This document shows positions 51,205 to 64,000 of a DNA stretch of 64,000 nucleotides, piece by piece. The stretch's first letter is position 1. Each line of letters opens with the position of its first letter. The notes beneath the pieces are model-generated. The model saw nothing but the letters and a program-made list of their open reading frames with translations. It was not told the DNA's origin and searched no databases. This stretch comes from Lama glama (Eukaryota): NCBI GenBank assembly GCA_028534125.1, contig CM052817.1, positions 107,014,001-107,078,000 on the forward strand. The letters run 5' to 3'. Made by a program: the position numbers and the translations under genes.

Positions 51205-51700
51205 CTGCCATCCTCAGTCTCCCTGGGGCAGTGGTTCTGGGACCCCATGGATGCCAAACCCAAGGATGCGCAAGTCCCTTACGTGAAATGCTGCAGGACG
51301 GCTGAGCCCGCGTGGGTTTCAGCTGCGCGGGTCCACCCACCCCAGGATTTCTTCACTGAACACGGACTGCAGGACCACACACTCTGAGGCTGGTGGAACC
51401 GCCAATGCGGAAGGTGTGGGGTGGCTGTAAAGTCACACAGAGGTTTTCACCTTTCGGAAGAGGGGGGTGCCCCTACCCCCCACGTCGTTCAGTGGTCAGA
51501 CGTATTTGCATATAACCTGAGCACATCCTCCAGACTTTACATCATCTCTAGACTACTTGACTAATATAATGTTAACGCTATGCGAATAGCCACCGCCACT
51601 TGGCAAACTCCAGTTTTGCTTTTTAGAACTTTCTGCAATTTTTTGTCCTAAATATTTTCAAGCCTCATCTGCAAAACCTGCGGATATAGAGGGTCGACTG
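51205..51700 (+). mobile_element. MER2/Tigger2-type MITE inserted at a TA in the L1
   Basis: tggttctgggacccc..ggatgccaaacccaaggatgcgcaagtccctta..tatttgcatataacct..ggatatagagggtcgactg; TA at 51203-51204 and 51701-51702. Confidence 0.75.
51299..51502. mobile_element. MER8/Tigger-type MITE nested in the MER2-like element
   Basis: gggtttcagctgcgcgggtccac...gcccctacccccacgtcgttcagtggtca resembles recalled MER8-type ends; the host element resumes at tatttgcatataac. Confidence 0.6.
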
Positions 51701-53958
51701 TATTAGATAGCTGAAATTTGTTACGAGTAGAATTTAAATATTCTAAACACCACCACCAAAAATGGTAGTTAAGACTGTGAGATGATGGATGTGTTAACTT
51801 GGTTGGAAAGTCCTTTCACAGTGTGTATGTACATTAAATCACCACACCGTACACTAAATAGCTTATAATTTTATATACCAACTGTACCTCAATAATGCTG
51901 AAAAAAGTTTTGAAGATAAAAAAATGAATTCTGGAAACTGAAAATAATAAGGAATTTACATTTTGAATGCTCTCTTCATTTTTACCGAACTACCATCATT
52001 CTGTATTTGCATTGTTCTATCAACATAAACAACCAACATTACCCCCCAAAGTAAAGTTAGCTCCCACAAGTGACCACAGCTAATTCACCATCACGATAAA
52101 GTGCTTATTCAACATCCAGTATTTACACTTCACGATGAAATCATGTCTCACAATTAACTCTCATTGTATGGAGAATAGAGTTACTGGGGTTTTGGGGGGA
52201 AGGAAACTCCACCACAGTTTTAGAAATCTGTAAAATAGGTACAATGATAACTTAACACACAAAATTAACTGAGCAGAAAAGACCTTTTTGCCAGCACTGA
52301 AAAATAACAGACATTTGCTTCGAGCACTCCCATCTTCCAGCAGGAATAAATGTTGAGTAGTTAACTTTTCTGGAATAACATAGTACAAATTTTCTTTAAT
52401 TAAAAAAAATTATTTGACACAGCTCAGCAGGTGGTGCACAGACCATGAGAAACGCCTATTTGAGGAGGTCCCTAGGAGTTAAGAGGGGGCAGGTAAGAAA
52501 AAGATGATCATAGTTAGAGTCCACTGCCTACACGCTGACATTTCACCTACTTCTTCCCTCGCTGAGGGGCCAGATGAGACAGAGCACCACCAGGAACAGA
52601 AGCGCCTCCCGACGTGCGCACTCTGACACGCCGCACAGGCCAGCCCAGCCCCAGCACGGCCTCCGACCCCCGCAGGGCTAAGGGAGAGGACGCCAGCAAG
52701 GCGCTCAGGGGCTCCTGTGAGGGCTGGAGGCGCGATGAGCAGGGGTGAGTGGGACTTTCGTAGGTTCTGGTCCAGGTTTGTTCATGTATGCAAACAACCT
52801 GAACTCTAAGTGCAAAGATTTAAGAATATGCTTCCCTGGAAGTTGAAAATTATTTTCTTGTAACAATTATGATAGTTATCATAAATTTTTTTCAATATAT
52901 ATAGAGACCCAGATTTTTAATAAACATTTAAAAATTTGTTAAGAGACAGCATAAAAATAAGCTGGATGGAAGGTCTACAGCTGTTAACTTGCTGTTTGGA
53001 GGGTTTTTCGCTCCAGGATTTTCTGATGCATGCTTTAAATGATGAAAGTTTAGAACATATCTGTGAGATAATCTAAATTACTCTAACTCTCAAAAAACAA
53101 GTCTTAAATGCCTCTGTGAAGCAACCCTTAGATTCCTGAATGAGATCGCCATTCCTGATTAATTCAAACCTAACCACAAATTTAATATGTATCAAGATAA
53201 GATTACGTAGCGCTATGATTAACAAACTATCAGAACTGCCACCCCAATCTAAAGTATTTCTTTCAATTCAAAGAACACTTTTGCAGGAAGAGAAACTACA
53301 AGGGAGCTACAAATTATGTCTCCTACAAACTTCTGAAAATACAATTTAAGTATTTTAAAAGAAAACTATTTCCAGTACAGTTAGGATCTCTTCTAACCAC
53401 TTGCTTTCTGTACCCAATATCACAGAAGAAATCGACTACAAAGCTCAATTTTCCTAAAGGACTTTTCAATTCACATTAAGTAATCAATTCCTGAGAACAA
53501 TTTTTTTTAATCTCAAAATGTTTAAAATACTACACAACAATCCATTTTTTTAATTATATTCAAGATTTTTAAAAACCATATCCTTGAAAGACTGCCCTCA
53601 TTCAAGTAGCTATTCTGTTTCCTTTCATTTCCTCTTTTCTCATATTATTTGTATATTATCTTTCATCAAAAGCGTCTGTGTATTCAAAACCTATAGCTTT
53701 AAAGAACTTTAACTTCTAATTAGTCCCAAATACGTGATCACAAGGAATTAGCAGAAGACTGAAAATACAGCATAGGGCAAATTAGAGCAGAAATTGTTGC
53801 AGTATTTTTACCATTTAAACTTCAATATGGATAAGTAATACCCACTTGAGTATGAACTCCTGCCTTTCACTCAAAACGTTTTATTGTGAAAGAGAAAAAG
53901 GTGACTTACAGGCTTAGACAGACAGAGCATGCTTTCAAGCTCACTTAAACCAAGTCCA

Positions 53959-54060
53959 GGGGCATGCATAGCTCAAGTGGTAGAGCGCGTGCTCAGCACG
54001 TGAGAGGTCCTGGGTTTCATACCCAGTACCTACATTTAAAAATTAATAAAAATTTTTAAA
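53959..54060 (+). mobile_element. tRNA-Ala-derived SINE, short form, gctcAagtgg variant
   Basis: atagctcaagtggtagagcgcgtgctcagcacgtgagaggtcctgggtttcatacccagtacc; flanked by agtcca on both sides. Confidence 0.88.
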
Positions 54061-54279
54061 AGATCGAGTCCACTTCCTTCTGGAGTCATTGCTTTAAAGC
54101 ACAAAACAGCAGATGCCCATCCATATAGCTTGTTGCACATAGAAAAAGGTAAGTCACGTGCCGTATTAAGGATATACACCTCATGTGTGTGCTACTGAGA
54201 TAAATGAAACGAACACCTTCTAGCCATAGTCCCAACACTGCAGGGCACCCCTGTGTTGCTGGGGGAGGGAGGTGCTTTA

Positions 54280-54430
54280 AAATCAGAAGAGATGGGTTTG
54301 AGGCTCAGTTTTACCATTTCCTGGCTGTGTGACCTGGGTAAACTCCTCAAACTCTCCACATCTGTTAAATAAGGACAAAAAGCAGGTTCTTCATTGGGTT
54401 TGAGAGAAGATTAAATATGCCTAAATAATT
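54280..54430 (+). mobile_element. MIR relic
   Basis: gggtttgaggctcagttttaccatttcctggctgtgtgacctgggtaaactcctcaaactctc. Confidence 0.6.
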
Positions 54431-56842
54431 AGCTATTGCTAACATTTCACGCAGATGCACGACTATCAGAAATTGACAGGAAATAACACGGGAGAATCCA
54501 TCAGTAAAGGCTACGTGTCACAGAATAAACACCAGTTTAAAGTGAGCACAGACAGACACGTGTCATCTACAGCTTATCTGACACAAAAGACTTTTTAAAG
54601 TCTTTGCCCAACTAGAACACGAATGTAATGTCAGCCAAACGTAGTTTCTTCATGAAAAAAAAATCCTTTTAAATGAAAAAGGAATGTAAGTGTGCAATTA
54701 CTATGAGTCCAATGCGACCTCTCATACTTAGGTGTTAGCAGGGCTTCTCCTTCCTTGCAGATTAATAAAAGTTTGGTTAGAGGGAGATCACTAAATAATA
54801 CCTGGTATAATTGTCTCACACTTTCCCACAGGAGCATTCCCTGGTGACCTGACAGCAATAGAGTTCATTCCTCCTAAATTAAGAAAAAGGAAGCAGCTGC
54901 TCCCGTCCCCCCAGGACTGGGCGGCTGCCACACGAGTTGAGAGCACTGTGGTGCACTCACTTCCACACTTCCAGTCAAGAGTCCAGGTTGGAAATTCTTA
55001 TATTCTGCTAATTTTTTCTCAAGGAGCAAAATTATTCAAGCCATGAGAAAGTACTAAACAAGAGAACAAAATAAACCATGGAAGGTGGTGAATGGTTGAT
55101 AAATCATTAAGTTGTTCCAGCATGACCCAGCCAGGGTACACAGATCCTTTTTAAATAACAGATCATTAAAAAATTCTCAGACTAGGAACTATAATGCCTC
55201 TAACTTAATTTGCCATAAGATATACATGAAGAATCGTGCAGTGGTCAAGCTGGATTCTGCAATCTCTGTTTTAACAGACCTTTGGACAGTAAGAACACCA
55301 GTGAGCCTGGCTTTCTTGGAGATCTCCATCCGTTGACCCCGTTACGAGTCCTAAAGTCAAAAGGAAAGAATTCTCCCCACACAGGTTCGGGCAACAAATT
55401 TTTCCTTGAGAGAATAAATAACGCCACCTGGCCACTTTTGCCATATGGTGGAATCTGAATTTATGAATTCTGGTTTGTGAAATGGAAGGAGGGTGGTGCA
55501 AACAGCTGCAATGATCCCGAAAGAGAAAGGCTGAAGGAGATACTGCAAACAGGCACTTCAAACGACAGGGGTGGCCGAGGGCGACAATCTGGAGGAAAGG
55601 CTCCAGCATCGGGACCTAGCTTTGGTCCTGACTTCGCTAGTCACTGCTGTGAGATGCCGGGCGAGTTACGTAACAACTCAAGCTGTTCCATGCTTCAGCT
55701 CCACCATACGTAAACAGAAGCCGATACCTACTTTCCAGAGCTGCCATGAAGACCAAGGAAGTTACAAAAAGCACTTACACACTGGCTAGTGTACAGCCAT
55801 TGCCACTATTTCAAATTTAAGGGGGAAAAAAAAGCTTAGCCAGGCTCCACGGTGCCAAGGAAGACTGAAACCTTCCAGCCAGGTAGCCAATGGCAATTCT
55901 GGTTCCTTCAAGATCCCAAGTCCAATTTAGCAAATACTGCTGGTAAAATTTCATCGTTCTCAATAAGATTAAAATTATACAAAATGAGCACACTGAAAAG
56001 ACTTAGTCTTGTGTGCGTCTCAAGACACTTTGGATGTTCATCTGAATGACCGCATTTTTTTCTTTTGGCCACCACCAAGGATTGCCATTGGTACTTAACT
56101 TTTTCCTCTCCACAAGGACAAGGACATTGGCACAAAATGCCTAATAAGGAACTCTGTGAATGACAAGTGTCCTCTACTTCAAAGAAGAGAAATTTAAGTA
56201 GGAAATTGCTGGATACGTCTGATGACCTTTGGAGAGCTTCCCATAAAGGTGGTTTAGGTACTGCCCTCCCGGAAGACTGAAGATCAACTAGACAGTCTTC
56301 CAGGCTCAGGGCACAAGGCAGAAAAACCAAAGGACAGTTACACGCTTTCCTCTGCTTCTTGTCCAAGTATAGCCTGTATCTGTGTCTGTATTTGCACCTA
56401 GGTAATAACATTTTGCCAGATGAGGAGAACAATGAAGGCTAAAACAGCCCGGAACTGCAGCCCCCAGAATGTGCTGGTGGGTGGGGAGCCAAGGAAGCTG
56501 GGAGTAAACAGGAACCTTCTCTCTGCCCACTTTTGGCAAAAATGCAACACTCATTAAGACTTTTTAGCTTGTATCTATCTCCTTTAAGAAAAAAAATTTA
56601 TCAGCTTTCAGTATAACTCCGAAATGCCACAGGTAAACAAAGAAGGGGCACAAGCGTCTGGGAGAATCAGCTTTTCAAATGGAACGACCTCAGGCACCAC
56701 TGCCGCTTCCACCACAGAATGTCACGACGCCTCGCTGTCGCTGCCTCTGCCTCGCGCCATGCCCCGACTCCCCCAGACCCCCGGCTCCCTGCCCCACCTG
56801 CTCACCACTGCCACTGCCACCAGAGGGAAGGAAAGAGGGGAC

Positions 56843-57342
56843 NNNNNNNNNNNNNNNNNNNNNNNNNNNNNNNNNNNNNNNNNNNNNNNNNNNNNNNNNN
56901 NNNNNNNNNNNNNNNNNNNNNNNNNNNNNNNNNNNNNNNNNNNNNNNNNNNNNNNNNNNNNNNNNNNNNNNNNNNNNNNNNNNNNNNNNNNNNNNNNNNN
57001 NNNNNNNNNNNNNNNNNNNNNNNNNNNNNNNNNNNNNNNNNNNNNNNNNNNNNNNNNNNNNNNNNNNNNNNNNNNNNNNNNNNNNNNNNNNNNNNNNNNN
57101 NNNNNNNNNNNNNNNNNNNNNNNNNNNNNNNNNNNNNNNNNNNNNNNNNNNNNNNNNNNNNNNNNNNNNNNNNNNNNNNNNNNNNNNNNNNNNNNNNNNN
57201 NNNNNNNNNNNNNNNNNNNNNNNNNNNNNNNNNNNNNNNNNNNNNNNNNNNNNNNNNNNNNNNNNNNNNNNNNNNNNNNNNNNNNNNNNNNNNNNNNNNN
57301 NNNNNNNNNNNNNNNNNNNNNNNNNNNNNNNNNNNNNNNNNN
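56843..57342. other. Assembly gap (500 N)
   Basis: Run of exactly 500 N. Confidence 0.99.
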
Positions 57343-57474
57343 TACCTTGAATTATTCGTTCATAATTTCTCCTCAGCTCCACCCAGCTCTTCCCAAGATA
57401 AAATGAGGCATCATTCAAACTCAATTATTAGATTTGACAGCGTGAAAATCATAAAAGCCACCTGCTTGAAAAGG

Positions 57475-57620
57475 GTCATTTTCAATCCTCAAAGGAGCCA
57501 ACAAGTAGGTCCTCTCACCAGCTCCTGTTTCACAAGTAGGTAAGTTCAGAAAGGGGAAGTGACTTGCTCAAGGCCACACAGCTCATAAATGGAGATAATC
57601 GAGCACCCTTAACCATCATG
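57475..57620 (-). mobile_element. MIR relic
   Basis: agaaaggggaagtgacttgctcaaggccacacagct. Confidence 0.65.
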
Positions 57621-60600
57621 ATAAATCAGATGTCTTCAACATAACACACGCAGGATAAATTTTGGTCCTTTCTCCCAACCTCTGCTAATTCAGGGTCCTG
57701 GGGGTAAAATCAGGTCTCACGTTTCCAAGCTAGGTTTACGCGCACCCCTTCCCCGGGACATGAGATGGAGCTGTCTCCTTTAAGCACCCACCCCCTGCCC
57801 CAAGCTGGTTGTCAAGGACATCCCGGTTCTCTTTTAAGTCTAGGTTAGCCTAAATTTCAAGTTTAGAATGCTTTCTGCTTGTGCTTACCTACCTTTATTA
57901 TGAATAACTCTCATTTATATTCATAACGAACACAATCACCATTTCAACTGGACTGCACTTCACCAACATCACACAGACAGAGCGGTGCTAAGCCAAGAGC
58001 AAGCACAGCCATCCTGCCTACTTCTTCACATCTGCACAGCTCGAGAAGACAGCAGTTCTCAACAGGTGAGTGTGACGCTACTGACTCCAATAACTGAACT
58101 TGGACGATGGCTTCATTTCAGGCTCGCATCTTGGGAAGAGGTGAGTAGAACCACGAAGGGGAAATTATCAACAAAAAATAATTTGACTTGATATTATCAA
58201 TTTTTGACTGTCTGAAACACGTGCCTCTCTATTTTAAGTAAGGAGACCTTTCTCAAAGGTTTCAGAGCACGGAGGTTACAGAGTGACGGTCTTCAAAGTA
58301 ACTATTTAGCTCACCTACACTTTGTAACAATACACACGACAATCACCCTGCTCTCACTTCCCAAGATGAACCAACTTTGAAGCATGAGGATGCATTTACT
58401 AATTAAACGACACAGGTCTGTGGGAGACAGGAGAGTCCCGCTCCTCTCTTCCTTGAGAAGGAATCGAGACACACTTGAGAACTGCTATGTCTTCTGCAGT
58501 CCTGCTCAAACTGATACCAGGAGTTTCTCCTCTTCTGAATAGTCAATTCAGGTGGAGAACAACTGAAAAATGCCCAGGAATAGTCCTGCCAGAGGAGCAG
58601 AAAACATTGCCGTGCTCCTCCACCCAGAAACTTCCCTCACAAAGACACCCATTATCTTTTCTCCATTAAATGCATTTCTTCTTGAGAGAGAGAATTATAT
58701 TATTAAACATTCTCACCTTTGTTCAAGGCCAAAGAGAAGAAGAAATGCTTAAACATTCAATTCTCTAATCCTCTTAGATCTTGTCAAAACAAGGAAGAGG
58801 AAATAAAGAATGTACAAGAGGCTGATTGTCAATCAAAATGGAAAATTAAAACTGCTCAGCTGGAACTCCACGTCGGCTTTAAGTGCCAAGCTTCTCAACT
58901 CCACCCCCCACCCTCCACCTTGCCACCCTGCACTTCTGGAAAAGTTAAAAACCTCATTGTCTCCCCCACTGTGGTTTAAGGCTGTCCCCTATTTCCAATT
59001 TGAGAATCACTGTAGCCACACCAGCTAAATGTTTTCCCGTGTTAATTTCTGTGGTTTATGTTATGGAAGTTACAGGATACCTAAATTTCAAATATCCATT
59101 TTTCTTAATAATACTGAGTGTTTCAACCCTAAAAATTATTGCTTTAAATAAATATGTAAGTGACTAAGCAGCAGTGTGTGCTATATGTTTATAACGGGTT
59201 ATATTGGTGACTGTAACCATGGCACGTGGGCACCCTCACATAGGACTATCAGAACAAAGCATCTGTCTCCACCTCCTTGGTCTAACATAAAATTCTTCTG
59301 AAGTGACGGGAAAGGAATCTGAGACTGGAAGCAAACCTATCCGAGATCCTGTGAGAATCGCTGATTCCCTGTGGGTCTTTGATTCCAGATGTGTTTTTTA
59401 AGAACGGTTAAATTGAGGCTCTCTGAATCCTAAAATCTCCCGAGTCAATCACTAACTCAGCTGTCTCTGGAGAATCTGCTGTACAAATCACCCGGTACGT
59501 TAACGTGGCCACACATTAATCGCTGATCACTTGATCTTTCTCAGATGCTACACGCTGTCACCGCTTTCTGAGGCAATCTGAATTGGAAACACAGGAAATG
59601 ATGGAAGCAAATGAGTGGAATGAGAGCTGACATGAGAACGTGACTGTAATGTGATTTCCACACAGCAGGGGAATGCAGTCCCCGCAGCACAAGGTTATCG
59701 CTACGAGTGAAAGGACTTGAAAAGATGGACACAAACACGTAAGACAGCTCCAGCCAGGCACTAATCAAAGAGGGTCCTTCCCGTCGGAGGACGCTCAGGA
59801 GTCGTGCAGGGAGGGACGCGTCCCACCTGCCCGGGAAGTGCTCCTGCCACTGCTCCGGGAACCGAGTCCCACTGGCTCTGAAGGACCACCCGCACCACCC
59901 GGCTAAGACAAGCTCTCGGCAGCACTTCCGGGAGACAGGCCAGACCATCGTGCACTTACAGTTAGGCTGCCCTGTGTTTATGGTCATAGAACCATAAAAT
60001 GTCGGGATCTAACCGACCCCTCACTTTATAAGGAAACTGAAGCCCAAAGAACTTAATCAACTTACTGAACATCAGATTCCTTATCTAGTCGGTCAGTCAC
60101 GCAAAGGTCCTTACAAGCTACAGCACTGATGGACTTAGAGGCAGAAACACGTCTGAACGTTAGACCCAGTCTTCCACCTGCTCACTCACATGCAAACTGA
60201 GCTCCCACCACGTCAAGCGCCGAGACGTGTGCTTCCCAACGTAAGGTTAGCTGATTCGCGGGTTCATGTAAAACAACACAACCACAAATTTTCCCAGTAC
60301 CCTTTCTCGAACAGCCTACAAGAATTATATAAATAATTTACAAGGAATGGACATTTTCGCCAAAAAAAAAAAAAAAGTGAAGACCTGATTTCAGTAAGTT
60401 AAAAAAAAAAAATGCAAGGGCAGAGAAGGAAATGCTATGCAGGCCAGAGAAAACCTAGCCACTCCTGTGCTGATATCCAAAGTCCTCACCTTAGAAAGCC
60501 ATCAAGAGCTCAGCTAAAGAGGCAAGGAGACTCCCGATCTTTGGTTACACTTCTGAATTATTAAAGCCACCAGTATGGACATCTCCTGTTAAGAGTCGTG

Positions 60601-60701
60601 CTAAATGCACCAACTTTATTCATGATTTTGGATCCTCAAAGTAGAAATCACTTAGTAAGTCTGGGTCTTGTATCTTGTTCAGTAAGAATGAGGAACTGTA
60701 G

Positions 60702-60873
60702 CAGCGCTCTCAAACTTGACTGCACGTCAGAATCACCTGGGAGAACTTTTCAGCAGTCAGGCGCCAAGGCCACACTCCAAACAAATTAAATCGGAATCTC
60801 TGGTGTGGGACTTCAAGTCGTTTTTAAAAGTCCCCAGATGTTTCTAATATACAAAAGAAGCAGATGATCACTA
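60702..60873. mobile_element. MER5A-like hAT MITE
   Basis: cagcgctctcaaacttgactgcacgtcagaatcacctgggag...ttaaatcggaatctctgg...tttttaaaagtccccagatgtttctaat. Confidence 0.75.
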
Positions 60874-63419
60874 GGGTCAAGCTACTTCCCAAATTCTATG
60901 TCTAAGTCAACTCATGTCCACTGAACCAGGTAATTTTAATGCTCATAAGGGCTAGTGACTGTAATTTACTGAAAAGCTATAGTGATTCACTCATGTAAGA
61001 GTGAGAATAAACTGGCATATAACAAGCATTCACTCACTGCCAACCTGAGAGCCAACAATCCGAAATCAGACAGCGAACACAGAAGACAGGCTGAGCCGAG
61101 AACACACTTTCGACATACAGCACTCCTCTAAAGATTGGCCAGAAACACACGACTCTGGTGGTAATTTCTTAATTTCCCAAACTTTCTCTTATCAACAGAT
61201 ACTCTCACGAGACCTCACAATGACAAACCAAAGAAACTTCCTCTCGATAATCTCCTACCATGATTGATGGTGAAAATAAGTCTTAAAGATGAGATTCTGT
61301 ACCTTTTCACAAACATGAAAGCACCCTAGAGTTGGATCTAACTTTTCTCTTCTTTACAAGATTTCCCTGTTAATTCATGTTACTCTGTAATTTGTCCACC
61401 ATGACCCACCCCGCCAAAATGATAAAAATAGCAACAAAAAAACTGAAACCATGATGTATGGTTCATCTGTCTTATTCTGATTGATCTTTTCTTAGGCAAG
61501 GTCAGAAAAAAATATAAAATGTCTTCTGTCATAATGCTTACTAATCATAAGCCTTAATACCTGTCTTTGCAAAATGAGACACGTTACATTCAGCAAACGA
61601 ATTATTTTTAAATGACAGTGCACATAAACTTTCTGCCATTAGGCAACTAAAAGCCAATTTCTTCCCAACTAGTGAGTCTTAGAAAATAGAGACGTATTTT
61701 TAATATTAAGCAATTCTTACAAAGTTAGTTAAGATAAACATACTGCAAAATGTATATGTATGTGTATATATGTCCATACATGGACAGTGTGTTTACGCAC
61801 ATTACAGCACATACGCATTTTGCACAGCGCTTTGTAAACCCTAGATCACTTAGTAAACACAAATGATATAGATTAACTCATTTTGAGATTATCTGGGAAC
61901 ATCAGTCCACCCCATTCCACAGATACCTGAAGTCTGACAGTCTGATATGAATCATATCATGTTATGAATCACAACAAAAATGAAAGAAACGCTTTCAGTC
62001 GCTGCTTCCTAACCTGCCTCTGCACAACGTTCTGAGAAATCTTCAGGGACAGAGTCTACATAAGACTGCGAAGTGCAGTGCCTGGCTCGTGCCAAACAGC
62101 CCCGAAAATTTGCTCAATAAAAGGTCAAACTTTTAATTCAACAATACATGAGAAGGGGGTTACAGGGTCAATGAAATGTAAAATAAATCAGACTGCCCTG
62201 TAACAGTTTGGCGGAAAGGACTGGAGGAAACGCCAGGGTATCTGGACAGCCTGTTCCTGATCCTACTGTGGACTATTCGGGGGGATACAGACATCACACT
62301 TACACTGAGCAGAATTTTCTTACCCGAAAAATGGAAGGAGATGGAATCATACAACTTCTTAGCTCTTTTTAACACATAAAACTTAAGCAATGTATAAAGT
62401 ATGTCAGAAAGTCTGAGCAAGTTTACTTTAATAAACGGTCACCCTGAGGAAGAGAGGGTAAAAGTGGTCAACATGAGATAAATCTACACCTGAAATGCTG
62501 TAACCCCTCAGCGGAATTCCACCTGTGCTGTTTCTTATCACAGCTCTGAAAATATCTGTTAAACCCACAAATACCAGAGACGATGTTTACTGCTTCGATT
62601 TATGACCAATTGGTAATTAAGATAAGAAGCAGAAAGATGGCAATAATCTTGTGATTATTTCCCTGTTTTTATTACCAAAAAATCATATAAATAGTGATGC
62701 TTACACTAATGGTAATTTTATTTAAAGGAAAAACACCTGCATGGTGTTTACAGCAGTTCACACTGAGCTTGTCTGTGGCTCCCCCTCATCTGTCACAAGA
62801 TGGTCAAAGTCATTCTAGTAACACAGCAAATAACTTCCAAAACTAGTTTTCTGAAAGTGTTAAGTCAAATGCTATTACATTGTTGGGAAACCGCCTTCCT
62901 CCAGAAATTAAAGTTCTCTATTTTTATTTCGAAAAACATTAACAGGCTCTTTCAGTTCAGAAATGATGATTAACTGCTCAGCTTAAATATCTCTTCTTCT
63001 GAAAAAATACTAATACAGTGGGTGCACAGGCCAATGTGGAAATCCATCCATGCACGTGAACTCCCTCTGCATAATAAACTGAACAGCAGAAGAAACTACC
63101 CTAGCTTATAACTTCCTAAACCCGAGAATGACAGGTGTTCAAACATGTTTCACTTACGAGGGAAAAAAAAACTATTCTTGAAGAGAGCAAAAAAGATGGG
63201 TTAGATTTTCATCCCCTAAGAGTTAACAGTAATCAATACATAATAATTTAGAACAGAAAGAGAAAGAGGAGACTTTGGGGGAAATACGTGCCTCACAGCA
63301 CTGTCTAATCTACTTCTAGGATTTATAGACACTCAACCCTGGGCCTAGAGAGACGGCAGTTTGCCTGAGGAGTGTAACTTCAACTTCAAAATGTGCTTCA
63401 CACATGAGAACATTCAAAT

Positions 63420-64000
63420 CCCTTGATACAAAGAACTACACCTGTGTGTGTCTGTATAAATGTATTTATACACCGTCTCTGTCCGAGGAGACGGTCTAGG
63501 AAGGCAAACAGTCCAGGGGCAAGGAGCCCATCCAGCACCCAGATCGTAGTTTCTCCAATAAAAGGAACCAGGGTTCTTAAAGAAATGGCTGGTTCTAAGA
63601 CAGGTGAGAAAACACAAGACTTAGGAGTACCAGAAAGAGAGCCATTGATCAAGGGAAAAAACCACAAGAGCTTCTATGCCAAAAGGTGGAAAACTCAGAG
63701 CAATAAAATAATGTCCTCTTAAATTATACCCCAAAGTACAAAATAAAATAAAAAACATATATCTGAGCCCACACTGACATAAATAATTGAATTATAAATG
63801 AGAAAGAAGAGGTGATCTTCCTTAGAGGAGATCCTAAACTATTTACACAGATGGTCCCGGGGCATGGGGCTCAGGTCCCCACCCCTATCACACCCCCCTG
63901 AGCGTGGGCTGGATTGAATGACTTGCTTCCAAAGACCAGAGTGTGGACAGACGGGGGGAGAGCTGTCCGGCGTAACTCTATAGCAGAGGAACCTGAGAAG
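63420..64000 (+). mobile_element. Ancient L1MC/L1MD-like 3' region
   Basis: ttctccaataaaaggaaccagggttcttaaagaaatggctggttcta is characteristic of recalled L1MC/L1MD 3' regions. Confidence 0.6.

Larger units (their letters stand above)
50775..51905 (+). mobile_element. Old L1 (L1MA/L1MB-like) 3' end interrupted by DNA transposons
   Basis: gcagcattattcacaatagccaag..ggaaacaa, aatattattcagcctttaaaaagaaggaaatc, tatgctaagtgaaatgagccag and terminal tgtacctcaataatgctgaaaaaa. Confidence 0.85.

Noticed and set aside
40128..64000. Searched for RAPGEF2 exon 1, an intronic miRNA/snoRNA or a processed pseudogene
   Set aside because: No convincing match by eye; a covariance-model or BLAST search would be needed to exclude them.

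Overview
Mammalian genomic DNA, most likely a camelid: it carries 11 copies of a tRNA-Ala-derived SINE resembling camelid vic-1. The whole window lies inside one minus-strand gene, RAPGEF2 (PDZ-GEF1). Six coding exons of the long N-terminally extended isoform can be assembled by hand: 40057-40127, 34859-34915, 23202-23285, 12177-12252, 9907-10074 and an 18-nt microexon at 7534-7551. All have AG/GT boundaries and compatible phases, giving 474 nt / 158 aa with no stop (DLEIVYSYLHGMEALSNLREHQLR-LMCETVRYERHEANEVLYY-PDDIGTCWYILLSGSVFIKESMFLPRSS-FGKRSAGSFRRGCECIVLEPSEMIV-VDYMDENEE...GYHT-ECTKSQ). Exon numbers (2-7) come from recalled gene structure; the first exon and the downstream exons lie outside the window. 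The rest is intron: SINEs, L1 3' fragments, L2/MIR relics, hAT and Tigger DNA-transposon relics (one triply nested), a 55-56 bp minisatellite, an intronic CpG island, CTCF-like motifs and three 500-N assembly gaps. Nearly all ORFs in the supplied track are spurious. I found no convincing new biological system. The best leads concern splicing and regulation (microexon motifs, an L1 beside a donor site, direct repeats around exon 4, a candidate extra exon) and patchy GC/CpG gain in fossil repeats.
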